64,000 nt of DNA from an uncultured Verrucomicrobiae bacterium (lineage in GTDB: Bacteria > Verrucomicrobiota > Verrucomicrobiia > Chthoniobacterales > UBA10450), in NCBI GenBank assembly GCA_963735805.1, contig CAVTMK010000002.1, positions 1,376,001-1,440,000 on the forward strand, in the 5' to 3' direction. Positions 1 through 11,046 of this stretch are shown here, one piece after another. The notes under the pieces are model-generated. The model was not told the DNA's origin. It saw only the letters and a list, made by a program, of their open reading frames with translations, and did no database searches. The number at the start of each line of letters is the position of its first letter. Positions within the stretch are counted from its first letter, which is position 1. The position numbers were made by a program, and so were the translations under genes.

Positions 1-2504
1 AGAAAGGTGTGCGCATGTCCCCCTCGTTTGTTTTGCCGCGGGGATCTTCGCGGAATGCGTCATGAAAGCGGCTGAAGTTGGGAAGATCGGGAACGTCGGT
101 AACCAGACTCTTCACGCGCGCGTCAAACGCCGCCTTCTCCTCGAGATCAGTCGAGAGCCTGCGATCCAATTCGCGCGAGATATCCGCCAGACACCTTGAT
201 GAGGTAGGCGATGTCACTGCGGGTGTTATTGATGTTGGTCTGAAGCAGGACACTGTTGCGTGAGGTCTTGTTGAGCTGGATGTCGAACTTACTTGCCAGC
301 AATCCCTTGAACTGGGTGCCATCAAACCCGGCGGAACCGCACAACAGAGTGATACGAGTGGGATCCAAAACAAACTCGTCGGTCGCCCATGCGTCATAGA
401 TGGTTTTCCAGCTCACACCATCCGCATGGAAGTCTTCGAATCCGCTGGCACGGTGCTCGGCGGGCACCATCTGGGCGTTGGTCGCGATGCGGAAGTACTT
501 GGAGATGAGCGGATGTTTGTTCACCTCACGGCGCAGGATCAGAGAAAGCTCGATCGAGCGGCCCACCAGCTCATACCCTTCGAGTTCTGCTTGTCGGCGG
601 GCCACGTCGAGTGATGCGATCAACTGGAGATTGGGTGAGGTGCTGGTGTGGGCAAAGAACGCCTCTTTGAATGACGCCTCCGTGCTCTCCCAGCAATCAT
701 CATTCACCATGATGTAGGACCCCTGACGGAAGCAGGAGAGCGACTTGTGGGTCGAGGTCGTCGCATAAACTCGGATCTTTACCGCATCCGGATCGGGCAA
801 CAGATGCGTGTTGAGTAGTTGCTTCTCATTCTTCGGGTCAATTTTACCGTGCTTCTTCTTGAATTCGTTATACTCAGCGCGGTATGCCTCGCTGGCATAC
901 TTCTCGCGTAGGACTTCGCAGGCTCCCATGGCTGAGCGCATGCGATGGAATTGAGAGAAGCGGTTGTAGGCATACCATGCTTCGTCCCAGAGGAAGACCA
1001 TGTCTGGTTTGATTGCCAGCACCTCTTCCATGAAACGCTGCACGTTATAAACGTGGCCATCGAAGGTGCAGTTCGTGAGCAATAACATGCGCGCGCGGTC
1101 GAGGCGTCCTTCCGCCTTTAGGTCGAGGAGAGCCTTCTTGATCGTGCGTAGCGGCACCGCGCCATACATCGAATATTCGGTCAGCGGATAGGCTTCCACG
1201 TAGAGCGGCTGACCGCCGCAAAGCACGAGACCGTAATGGTGCGATTTGTGGCAGTTCCGATCCACGAGCACGATGTCTCCCGGCCGTACGATGGCCTGCG
1301 CCGCAATCTTGTTAGAGGTGGAGGTGCCGTTCGTTCCGAAAAACAGTTGCTGGCAACCAAAGGCCCGTGCTGCCTTTTCGTGGGCGACTTTAATATTGCC
1401 CGTCGGCTCCAAGAGCGAATCCAACCCGCCAGTGGTGGCGGAAGATTCAGCCATAAAAATGTTGGCGCCGTAGAAGTGACCGAAGTCCCGAATCCAGTGT
1501 GAATTGAAGACCGACTTGCCGCGTGCCACCGGCAGGGCGTGGAAGGTGCCGATCGGACGGCGCGCGTAGTTTTTCAGGTTATTGAAATATGGCGTGTCGT
1601 AGCGCTGGTTCACCCCCTCCATGAGAGCCAGGTGGATCTCCATCAGGTCTTCGATCCCATAGAAGACGCGCCGGATGTTTTTGGAATCGAGATGGCTCGC
1701 CATCTTTTCCACCGCGCCATCTATGATTAGATAAACGTCCAGCTCGGGGCGGATCTTCCGAATCGCGCGGGCTAGGGCTACCCCGTAATCTTTCGGCTCC
1801 ATTGAACCGGGCTCGAAAGAAAGGTGCTGGGCCAGATAAGTGCGCAGCAACGGCGCATCGAATTGGGATTTGAAGCGGAAGTTGTCCCTGATGACAACCG
1901 CCTGTAGATCGGCATTCATCACCACGCCGAGGATGCCTTCTTCAAAACTCGGCACTGTGACCGCTTCATACACAAACGGATCTTCCGGACGCCGAAGCTG
2001 ACGCAGTTCAGCGCGTCCCTGACGTACCTGTTCAGGCGTTGGATCATCGCTGACAATCAACACCTCAAAGTAGGGCTTGGTCAGGTCACCTGTGTCGAAG
2101 TAATCTTTGAGCAGTCGATCATTCCGTTCCGTCTCTGCTTCCTCGCCCACCTTCCAGGCATTGCTGGAACGACGATAGGAACCAGTGATGATGGCCTTGG
2201 CGATGCGGTTCGTTAGTCTCGAGAAACCGGAATAATCAGTCCGGCTCAGCGCGTCTTTCAGCGCACTCATCATGGCTTCCCCCGGATACGCGTGAAAGGT
2301 CTCCAGGACACCAAGTGGCGCGAGCAGTGCTTCCACTTTCGCGAGCGTTTCCTTGGTGGAAGCGCCGGACAAGGATTGGGCGACTAGAGTCTGGGCCGCG
2401 TGAGCCAGGTCCTGCCAGCGATCACAGCGAGCCTCGCCGGCGCTAAACATACCGACAGAATAACGGGATGGGGACTTGGATGTTTTTGACGACTGAGTAG
2501 GCAT
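1..2504 (-). CDS. Orn/Lys/Arg decarboxylase family, PLP-dependent (long form with receiver-like N-terminal domain); +1 frameshift near 191; runs off the window edge
   Basis: Motifs DSLLEPTG, TNGTSTSNK, DRNCHKSHHY, WDEAW and the PLP lysine in STHKSL. Removing one base near 191 continues the frame as LIKVLADISRELDRRL...DVPDLPNFSRFHDAFR to position 1. Substrate cannot be determined. Confidence 0.9.
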
Positions 2505-2621
2505 GATTTTGTGGGTAAATTAATGGTTAACTATTTGCGAGGTCCGCGTCCGTTTCTTGTGGCGTAGAGCTCTTGCTACGGCTCTACCGCCGAAAAAATA
2601 CCAAGTATTGGGTACAGGGCG

Positions 2622-2643
2622 CTATGGGACCTTAGTCCAATAG
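2622..2643 (-). promoter_or_regulatory. 22-bp palindromic operator, copy 1, upstream of the decarboxylase
   Basis: Minus strand reads CTATTGGAC-TAAG-GTCCCATAG; a -10-like TATTTT follows after a 21-nt gap (2600-2595). Confidence 0.7.
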
Positions 2644-2951
2644 CTATCCACTGTTCGTTTATTGTCGCCCTTGGAACGTCCGTCGAGTTAAAAAGGACTC
2701 GATAAAACCAACTCGCGAAAAACCACAGTGGTGAAATACGTGGACTATACAGAACTCGTTAGCCTTCCGGTTTTGGCTTGGACGTACTGCTTATCTGCGG
2801 TGCTTACCTTTATTCTGAGGGAATGGCGGAGATGCGACGCGAGTCGTGAAAAGCCTTTCCCGGCGATGGCTTTCATGCGCTCCGCGATTCACATCTCAAT
2901 GGAATGATTTAGGTGCAAATGCACAGGCCGAAGGATAGCGAGGCAGAAAAA

Positions 2952-3612
2952 TTGAAGCGTTTTGTAAGTAGATACCTCGATGCAGCCAGCCGATTAGGCG
3001 AAATTCTTTTTGGGCTTGATCATGGTGCTGACTGTGACGTTGACTGCGGGACTGACTGTCGATGAGGGAAGGGCGGGTGTTCGTCAACTGCTCTTCGCAG
3101 CCATTGGGTGCAATATCGCCTGGGGAGTTATCGATGCCGTCATGTACATCATGAATTGCATAACCGTCCGCAGCGGGAAGGTGCGACTGATAAGGGCTGT
3201 GCAATTTGCTTCCGATGAAAACGCGGCGCTTGCTCTCATCCAGGATGAAATCGAACCGGAATTACAAGAGCTTCTTACTCCAGAAGACGCCGAAGCATTG
3301 AGCCGATCTGTCCAGAAACATATCGCCCGAGCGCAGGTCGCAGAGAACAATTTGACGAAAGACGATCTTTACGGCGCGCTCGCCTGTTTTTGGCTCGTCT
3401 TCGTCTCGTGCCTGCCGGCAGCAATTCCATTTCTCATTTTTTCTCAGCCGCATTTCGCGTTGCGCGTTTCTAATTTTCTCCTGATCGCGCTCCTTTTCCT
3501 GGTTGGCCAAAAATGGGCCCAATATGCCGGGACTAATCGTTTGGTTACGGGATCGGCGATGGTAGCGATCGGCCTGGTGCTCGTCGGTATAGCGATTCTG
3601 CTCGGAGGATGA
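2952..3612 (+). CDS. VIT1/CCC1-like membrane protein; +1 frameshift at about 3012
   Basis: TTG at 2952 gives MKRFVSRYLDAASRLGEILF, which joins GLIMVLTVTLTAG of ORF 3010..3612 if one G is removed. Helix pattern and GCNIAWGVIDAVMY are consistent with the family. Confidence 0.7.
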
Positions 3613-4268
3613 GCATGACGCTACAAGTCGCACTTTTAGCGGCGGCTCTGGTTTCCGTAGTTTCTGTGTCGTTAGGCGGATCTGAGACAAATGTTCGGCC
3701 GCCGGTTGCGAACGAAACAGCGGAAAGCGAATGGGAATGCTCATTGTCCACCTCCACTTACCTTGTTCAGAATGGCCGTGACTATGTTAACCCAAATTTT
3801 GTGGCGGATCGCGGCTGGTTACACCTGGAAGCGCGCTACAATTATGAATCAATCAAAACAGGGTCGCTCTGGTTAGGCTATAATTTCAGTTTTGGAAAGA
3901 AGCTGGCATTCGAGATAACACCGATGTTCGGTGGCGTGTTCGGAGATATCACCGGAATCGCACCGGGTTATACGATCTCGATCAGCTACAAGCCAATCGA
4001 GTTTTTCACTCAAGGCGAGTATTTCTTCGATGGTGGAAATCACTCCAACGATTTTTTTTACTCGTGGTCGGAACTTAGCTACGCGCCCGTAACCTGGTTT
4101 CGTGCCGGAACAGTCATGGAGCGGACAAAGGCTTTCGGGAGCAACTTTGACATCCTGTTGGGGCCGCTGATCGGATTCAAATATAAAAAGGTCGATTTTA
4201 CAACGTATTGGCTCAGTCCCGGTTCCCGAGATGCGGCGTTTATTTTTACCGTCGGCCTGAATTTTTGA
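3609..4268 (+). CDS. Exported hypothetical protein, probable small outer-membrane beta-barrel
   Basis: Signal peptide, aromatic-rich alternating strands, C-terminal FTVGLNF; ATGA overlap with the upstream gene. Confidence 0.65.
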   Translation: MSMTLQVALLAAALVSVVSVSLGGSETNVRPPVANETAESEWECSLSTSTYLVQNGRDYVNPNFVADRGWLHLEARYNYESIKTGSLWLGYNFSFGKKLAFEITPMFGGVFGDITGIAPGYTISISYKPIEFFTQGEYFFDGGNHSNDFFYSWSELSYAPVTWFRAGTVMERTKAFGSNFDILLGPLIGFKYKKVDFTTYWLSPGSRDAAFIFTVGLNF

Positions 4269-4271
4269 CCG

Positions 4272-4380
4272 ATGGCGTTGATTGCGATATTCCTGGCGAC
4301 TCTGTTCATCGACGGGCTGGGTTCATCACCCGTCATACACTGCGCCGACGGCGCCGATTTTATTCACGGCGGCAGGTGGA
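4272..4380 (+). pseudogene. Possible N-terminal remnant of a cation:proton antiporter (CPA1-like)
   Basis: MALIAIFLATLFI in one frame, then TAPILFTAAG in a shifted frame, resembling NhaP-type N-termini; no continuation. Confidence 0.3.
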
Positions 4381-4408
4381 AAAGCTTGTGAAACGCACCG
4401 TTCGGCCA

Positions 4409-4430
4409 GTATAGGGCTAAGGTCCAATAT
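4409..4430 (+). promoter_or_regulatory. 22-bp palindromic operator, copy 2, upstream of the DUF3302-HlyD-OMF operon
   Basis: GTATAGGGC-TAAG-GTCCAATAT; TAAATT at 4452-4457 after a 21-nt gap. Confidence 0.7.
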
Positions 4431-4569
4431 ACGAAGCGATAGGCAGTCGAGTAAATTCAAGGCGTTTCGGAACAGAAGGAGGAAAGGAATCAACCCCTTT
4501 AGACTCGCCCATGAATAGTAATCTCGTCACACCAGCACATCCAACACCGAGAAAACACGTGATTGAAAC

Positions 4570-5067
4570 ATGAAACCACAAACTTTAGTCATCCAACCCT
4601 CTGTTAACCTGCGCCGGCCTCGCGGCGGACGCTTCGTTCTGTTCGTTGCTTTAACGTTCCTGGCACTACCGTCGCGCGCCCACGCCTCGTTTCTCCACGG
4701 TGAGACGCTCGATACAGTCGCGGGCGTCATTGCTTGGTTCGCGTTCATCATCGTCCCGCCCGTCTTAATCGGGGCCTTCCTGCTGGTCCATATCCTCCCT
4801 GAAAAGGTTGCCGAAAAGCGGCACCATCCGCAGCTCGGGGCTATCAAGTGCCTGTGCCTGCTCTCGCTTTGCTTCGGCGGACTGCTCTGGCCGATCGCCT
4901 GGCTTTGGGCCTACTCAAAGCCGGTTTTTCACAAGATGGCGTACGGCACGGATGTCGATCACTCGCACGGGCAGGCGGGCGGGGAAAAATCCGCCACGAC
5001 TGAACTCGAACAACTCCGCGCCCGCGTCGCGGAACTCGAAGCGGAGATTAAAGGAGGGAAGGCGTAA
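4570..5067 (+). CDS. DUF3302 (YibI-like) membrane protein with C-terminal coiled coil
   Basis: HILPEKVAEKRHHPQ...AI...LWPIAWLWAY pattern; directly upstream of a HlyD gene. Confidence 0.8.
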   Translation: MKPQTLVIQPSVNLRRPRGGRFVLFVALTFLALPSRAHASFLHGETLDTVAGVIAWFAFIIVPPVLIGAFLLVHILPEKVAEKRHHPQLGAIKCLCLLSLCFGGLLWPIAWLWAYSKPVFHKMAYGTDVDHSHGQAGGEKSATTELEQLRARVAELEAEIKGGKA

Positions 5068-6173
5068 TGGAAGTCATCCTGCTTGGCATCTACGGGTTCT
5101 TCGTCTGGCTCATTTTCTATAAATTCAAGTGGCTGCCCATGAACTTTACCGCGGCGGTCATTACCATCACGCTGCCGATCGTGGCAATGATGGCTCTTTT
5201 CCTCCTTCTGAACATTGCCGCGCCCGCAACTGACGACGTGCGCGCTATGAATTACGTCATCCCGATCGTTCCACGCATAACCGGTCAGGTGACCGAGGTA
5301 CCGATTCAACCAAACCGACCGATTAAAAAAGGCGACGTGCTATTCAAGATCGACCCGGTGCCGTTCGAAGCGGCGGTGAAAGCCGCCGAAGCCACGCTAC
5401 AGGGAGCGAAGGATCAACTTAACAATGCCGCGAACAAAAAAGCCGCGCTGACCCCGCGGATCGACCTGGCGAAAAAGCGGGTCGAGCAATTCACAGCACT
5501 CGCCGCGACCGGGGCCGGGAAGCGGGCTGATCTTGAGCAGGCGCAAAGCGACCTCGGCAATCTTGAAAGTGAATTCCTTGCCGCCGACGCCACGGAATCG
5601 CAGGCCAGAGCGCAGATCGCCAAGTCGGAGGCCGACCTGATCAATGCGAAATTCGACCTCGAAGGCTGCGTCCACGTTGCTCCCGCCAACGGTCGCGTGG
5701 CCAATCTTTCCCTGCAACCCGGCGTGCGCGCGACCCAGTTCGCGACAATGCCGGTGATGAGCTTCATCCAGGAGGACGATCCGTGGCTGCTGGCATTCTA
5801 CCGGCAAAACGAACTGCGCTACGTCGAACCCGGCGATGAAGCGGAAATCTTCATGAAGGTGTATCCGGGCCGCATCATCAAATGCAAGGTCGATTCCATC
5901 CTTTGGGCGACGGCACAGGGCCAGCTGCCGATCAACGGCAACCTCCCCAACACCATGCCCGTGTCGGCGCCCGAACAGCGCATCGCAGTGCGACTGCTCA
6001 CAGAGGGGAAGGATAAGGACGTCTTCCTCGCTGCTGGCGCCCGCGGTGGGGGAGCGATCTACACGAAGGACATTGCGGCGATCCAGATCCTCCGTCGCGT
6101 GATCGTCCGCATCGCGGCCAAGTTCGACTGGTTCGTCATCAAACATCTCTCCGCTCTCTTCGGCGGACACTAA
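5067..6173 (+). CDS. HlyD family membrane fusion protein (YibH-like)
   Basis: Two N-terminal TM helices, lipoyl-like halves (IVPRITGQVTEV...KKGDVLFKIDP; APANGRV) and a helical hairpin. Confidence 0.9.
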   Translation: MEVILLGIYGFFVWLIFYKFKWLPMNFTAAVITITLPIVAMMALFLLLNIAAPATDDVRAMNYVIPIVPRITGQVTEVPIQPNRPIKKGDVLFKIDPVPFEAAVKAAEATLQGAKDQLNNAANKKAALTPRIDLAKKRVEQFTALAATGAGKRADLEQAQSDLGNLESEFLAADATESQARAQIAKSEADLINAKFDLEGCVHVAPANGRVANLSLQPGVRATQFATMPVMSFIQEDDPWLLAFYRQNELRYVEPGDEAEIFMKVYPGRIIKCKVDSILWATAQGQLPINGNLPNTMPVSAPEQRIAVRLLTEGKDKDVFLAAGARGGGAIYTKDIAAIQILRRVIVRIAAKFDWFVIKHLSALFGGH

Positions 6174-6183
6174 GAATCAAACG

Positions 6184-7682
6184 ATGAACGCTCGGCGCTG
6201 CACCCTGATTTTTGTTACCGCCAGCAGTCTCTTGCTTGCGGGCTGCATTCTGAAAAATCCGCCAACGGGCGCGGACATCATGCCTGAGTCCGCCCGCGCG
6301 AAGATCCCTGGAAGCTGGGCCGGCCCGCATCGCAGCGGCACCGTGGTGCCGAACTGGATCCGCAATTTCGGCGACCCGGAGCTTAACGCGCTCGTTGCGC
6401 GACGCCGTGGAGCGAAATCCCGATCTCAAGGCCGCCGCCGCCCGCGTGGAAGCATCGCGCGCTGCGGTGCGCATCGCTGCATCGTCGCTCTACCCACGGA
6501 TCGCGATGAAGGGCTTGGGCGAGCGCCAGGGACAGGAACTTAGTGGCGACATCGGTCGCGACATTAATCCGCCGACCTTCGGGAGTTCGGGAACGGAGGA
6601 CAGCGGCGGCTCCGGACTCGACACCAGCACGGATTCATCATCACAGCGTTGGGTATATGGCATCGCCGCCGGTGCCGCATGGGAGGCTGATGTCTGGGGG
6701 CGCATTCGCTCGAAAAAAGCTGCCGCGAAGGCGGAAAGCAAAGCGCTGGAAGCCGACTACGAATTTGCCCGGCAATCCCTCGCCGCTGCCGTAGCACGCG
6801 CGTACATCTCTACCATCGAGGCCGCGCAACAGGAAGCTAACGCGCAGGAGACGCTCGATATCTACCAGGAGTACGTCGAAGCTCACCGACGTGCGCAAAC
6901 AGCAGGGCTTCGCGAGCGACTTCGACGTGTCGCAGATCAAGTCGCGCACCGCCGCCGCCGAGGATGCGCTCTACGCCGCACAGGCGGCGCGGGCGCAGAC
7001 GATCCGCGCGATCGAGGTCGTGACCAGCCGATACCCTGCCGGCAGATTTGATGTGCGACGTTCCTTTCCCGGCCAACCGAGGGCCGTGCCCGCCGGTTTG
7101 CCCGCGCAAATCCTCGAACGCCGGCCGGATCTCATCGCCAGCGAGCGCCGCTTCGCCGCTGCCTTCCATCGCGTGAACGAGGCGCGCACGGCGCGCCTGC
7201 CGCGCTTTGTGCTCAGCGCCGGGAGTGGGCTCGGAACTGCGGACCTCGACTCAGTCGGCTCGCTCAATGCCCTCGTCTGGAGTTTGGCCGGTGGGGTCAC
7301 GCAACCGATTTTCTTTGGCGGTGAACTGAAGGCTGCACAAGATCTCCGCACCGCCGAGCAAAAAGCCGCCGCCGCAAGCTACGTGGGCTCCGCGTTGCGC
7401 GCGTTCGAAGACGTCGAAAATTCTCTCGCCGCCGATTACTATCTACGTAAACGCGAAGGCGCGCTGGGCGACGCGGTTTCGAGCAGCGCCGATTCGGTGA
7501 AGTTCAGCAGGGACCAGCTCGAACAGGGCCAGACCGACATGTTCACCGTCTTGCGTCTCACCGGGGAAAACCTGGCCGCGAAAGTCCAACTCACTCAAGT
7601 CCGCGCTTCCCGCCTCCGCGAACGCGTGAATCTGTACCTGGCTCTCGGCGGTGATTTCGAGGGAACAGGCGCACCAAAATGA
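6184..7682 (+). CDS. Outer-membrane efflux lipoprotein (TolC/NodT/OprM family); +1 frameshifts near 6398 and 6875
   Basis: Lipobox LLAGC; three overlapping ORFs join through FGDPELNALV / AVERNPDLKAAAARV / WEADVWGR / PAGLPAQILERRPD / LYLALGGDF. Confidence 0.88.
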
Positions 7683-7735
7683 CTTCGACACTCCTCATTT
7701 CACAGCAGTCGAACAAGCGATAGAAAGAGCGGCTA

Positions 7736-8225
7736 ATGCGCACGATTACTAATGACTATCGCAACGCGCAGATTTTGAATCTCGGCTCCGGCGGCGAACG
7801 CGGACCTTACCTCGTGACGCAAACCGGCGTCGCACCGAGCGATCCAATACCCAAGACACGTATGTTCGTGCTCCGCCCTGATGGATGCTGGGTCGATTTC
7901 AATGCCTACGCGTCTCAGGGAAAGCCTGAGGCCATGGATGAGATTGTTTTTACCACTACGGCCGAAGTCATGGAGAGGTTTGGGAAATTGTTCGGCACGC
8001 CTCGAGTTCTCGATCTACCGATCGATGAGGACGGGACTTAAGGCGTGGATCGAACGCCAGGAGCACGGCGATCCTCTGGAAGCAGCTCGCGCCTGGGCCA
8101 AAGAGTACAAGATGCGCCATCGAAAGAGGTCGCTAAGCGCTGTCAAAAGCGTTCGGGATTGCCGCCATGACTGCACCGTCGCTCGCCCGCGTAATTCCAG
8201 CTCTCGGTTGGCTGCGCGCCTATGA
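7736..8225 (+). CDS. Hypothetical protein; +1 frameshift near 8035; true end uncertain
   Basis: ORF 7736..8041 continues as GLKAWIERQEHGDPLEAARAWAKEY in the next frame. Confidence 0.55.
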
Positions 8226-9856
8226 CCGAAGCTGGCTGCGCGGCGATCTTTTCGCCGGTATCACACTCGCCGCATATCTGTTGCCCGCTGGTTTAGGCGA
8301 TGCTTCCCTGGCCAATCTGCCGCCCGAGGCGGGACTCTACGCGTGTCTGTTTGGTGGACTCGTCTTCTGGCTGTTTTGTAGTTCGCGGCACACGGTCGTC
8401 ACGTGTTACTTCGGCCATTTCATTGCTCGTTGGCGCCTCGCTCGGCGATATCGCGGGGGGCGACACAACGCGATTTGGCGCGCTCGCTGCGGGAACGGCT
8501 TTGCTTGTCGCATTGATCGCTTTCATCGCGTGGCTCGTCAAAGCAGGCGTCATTGTAAATTTCATTTCCGAAAGCGTGATGACCGGTTTCAAGTGCGGTG
8601 TCGCTCTCTTTCTCGCCAGCACGCAACTACCCAAGCTCCTCGGTTTTCACGGCGCACATGGAGATTTCTGGGAGAACAGCGGCCACTTTTTCAAGCATCT
8701 GCCCGAAACAAATCCCACATCACTTCTTGTTGGAGGCACCGCGCTGGCTCTGCTCATTTTGGGAAAGATTTTCCTGAAAAACAAACCGGTATCGCTGTTC
8801 GTAGTCATTGGCGGTATCGTGGCAGCTTCCGCGCTTTCGTTAGGCACGCGTGGCGTAAAGCTGCTCGGTAACGTTCCTCAAGGACTGCCTCCCATCGGCC
8901 TGCCAGCCGTTTATTGGCACGATCTTAACGAACTGCTTCCGCTGGCGGTTGCTTGTTTTCTATTAGGAGCCGTGGAAACCGCGGCGATCGGACGCATGTT
9001 CACGGCCAAACATGGGGGGCGATTTGACGCCAATCAGGAGTTTCTGGCGCTTGCGGCTTCAAATCTAGGCGCAGGACTCGGACGCGGATTTCCGATTAGC
9101 GGCGGTATGTCGCAATCTCTCGTCAACGAAGGTGGGGGCGCACGCACACCGCTTTCTGGCGCACTCTCCGCAGGAATTATTTTAGTCGTCGTCCTTTTCT
9201 TCTCCCATTTGTTAAGTGCGTTGCCCCAGCCGGTGCTAGCGGCCGTGGTGCTTGTCGCAGTCGCAGGATTGTTCAAGCTCTCGACTCTCAAACAGCTATG
9301 GCGCGGTGACCGTCCCGAGTTCGTCGTGGCAATGGCAGCCATTCTCGGTGTTCTCAGCTCGGGTTTGCTTCGCGGCGTGATGATTGGCGCAATCATTTCT
9401 CTGGTGCAACTGTTGCGAACGGCGTCCAGACCGCACGTGGCATTTCTCGGGCGCATTCCCGGCACTCGCCGTTTCTCGGATCGCGAGCGACATCCGGATA
9501 ATGAACTCATTTCCGGTATCCTGATCTTTCGGCCGGAATCGGGTCTCGTGTACTTCAACGTGGACCATGTCTGCGAGTCGATTCTGAAGCGCGTGCGCGC
9601 TGAACCAACGCCACCTAAGCTGGTTGTGCTCGATCTTTCCGCTGCGCCGCGTGTCGACTTACAAAGCGCTCACGCGCTCGGCGGTCTCGCCGATGAATTG
9701 ACCGTTCAAGGCATCCGGTTCCAAGCAGTCGAACCGCGTTCGTCCGTGCGCGACCGCTTGCGCAATGAAGGCGTGGACAGAAGGCTGGGCGGAGTAGACC
9801 GCTTCACTTCGGTCGCGGATGCGGTCGAAGCCTTTCAGAAAAGTACCGATCAATAA
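8167..9856 (+). CDS. SulP family anion transporter with STAS domain; +1 frameshift near 8404
   Basis: WLRAYDRSWLRGDLFAGITLA, GLYA, FDANQEFLAL, GGMSQSLVN, and a C-terminal STAS domain (VVLDLSAAPRVD). Confidence 0.92.
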
Positions 9857-9877
9857 CGATGACACATTAACACCGCG

Positions 9878-10321
9878 ATGATCACTAATCTTTTAATCGG
9901 CTCGGGCCTGGTTGCGATAACTGTAATAATTCACGCCATGGGCCTCGGCATTGTGTTAAGCCACGTGTTGCACTCCAGCGCGCGACCGGATACACGCTTC
10001 TGGCCAATTGCATGGCTGTTGATTCGCATCGCGTGGTTCCTGATTGTCATTCACTTCCTTGAGATCGCCGTCTGGGCGCTGTTTTTCTGGTCGTATAAAT
10101 GTCTGCCCGACCTCGAGTCGTCGTTCTATTTTTCCGGTGTTACCTACGCCACGATCGGTTACGGGGACTTGGTACTGCCAAAAGAATGGCGACTATTCGG
10201 GCCAGTTGAGGGATTGACTGGCATTCTGATGTGCGGGCTCTCGACGGCATTCTTCTTCGTTATAGTGAGCAAAAATATTCTTCAACGCATGGACGATGTT
10301 GACCCAAATCTGACTGCGTGA
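9878..10321 (+). CDS. Small potassium channel family protein (Ion_trans_2)
   Basis: Selectivity filter SFYFSGVTYATIGYGD. Confidence 0.88.
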   Translation: MITNLLIGSGLVAITVIIHAMGLGIVLSHVLHSSARPDTRFWPIAWLLIRIAWFLIVIHFLEIAVWALFFWSYKCLPDLESSFYFSGVTYATIGYGDLVLPKEWRLFGPVEGLTGILMCGLSTAFFFVIVSKNILQRMDDVDPNLTA

Positions 10322-10974
10322 AAATGCGATCTGATCCGGCGGGTTCGCCAAACCGAGAGCCACAGGAAAAAAAGAGATGGGTTGAGCCCGTCACGGCTTT
10401 GCTGATGGCGCTGGCGACACTCAGCACGGCATGGTGCTCGTATCAGTCAGCGGCCTTCACTCGAAAGAGCAATCGGCTGATGAATGAATTTAACTCGCTG
10501 GAGCGCCGTGCGAGTCTGCACACGATGCAAGGGATGCAGCAGGCGACGATTCACGTTGCGATGTTCATGGAATTGCTGGCGGCGCAGCAGGCCGGCAACG
10601 AAAAGCTGGCGAACTTTTACGTCGAACGTTTTCCGCCCGATGTGCGCAAGGCTTACGACGCATGGCTGGCGCAGAAGCCTTTTGAAAATCCGAAGGCCGA
10701 TCCGCACCCTTTCGTGCCGAACCTCTACGAAGTGCGGGGAACGCGCGAGGCCGCCGAGGCCAACGCTAAGGCTGCAAGCAGCCTGCAGGCATCGCGCAAC
10801 GCCAGCAGCGTTTCCGGGCAATACCTCGCGAACACTGTTTTGTTTGCCACAGTGCTTTTCTTCGCCAGTGCCTCGGGAAAGTTCGAGCAGCGCAGGGTGC
10901 GTGTCGTCGCATTCGCCTTTGCGGTGGCAGTTTTCCTATTTGCGGTTGTGCGGACAGCCATGCTCCCGCAGTGA
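10318..10974 (+). CDS. Hypothetical membrane protein with three TM helices and a helical extracytoplasmic region
   Basis: ALATLSTAWCSYQS helix plus two C-terminal TM helices; overlaps the upstream stop codon. Confidence 0.7.
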   Translation: MKMRSDPAGSPNREPQEKKRWVEPVTALLMALATLSTAWCSYQSAAFTRKSNRLMNEFNSLERRASLHTMQGMQQATIHVAMFMELLAAQQAGNEKLANFYVERFPPDVRKAYDAWLAQKPFENPKADPHPFVPNLYEVRGTREAAEANAKAASSLQASRNASSVSGQYLANTVLFATVLFFASASGKFEQRRVRVVAFAFAVAVFLFAVVRTAMLPQ

Positions 10975-11046
10975 AGGCATGTGTGAGCCCGCACCGACGT
11001 AAGACCGACGTCCGATTGGCACGTAATCTCATATGGCTCCGATGCA

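Noticed and set aside
6395..8404. Programmed frameshifting or phase variation in the OMF and SulP genes
   Set aside because: There are no slippery heptamers or long homopolymers at the shift points; sequencing error is the simpler explanation.
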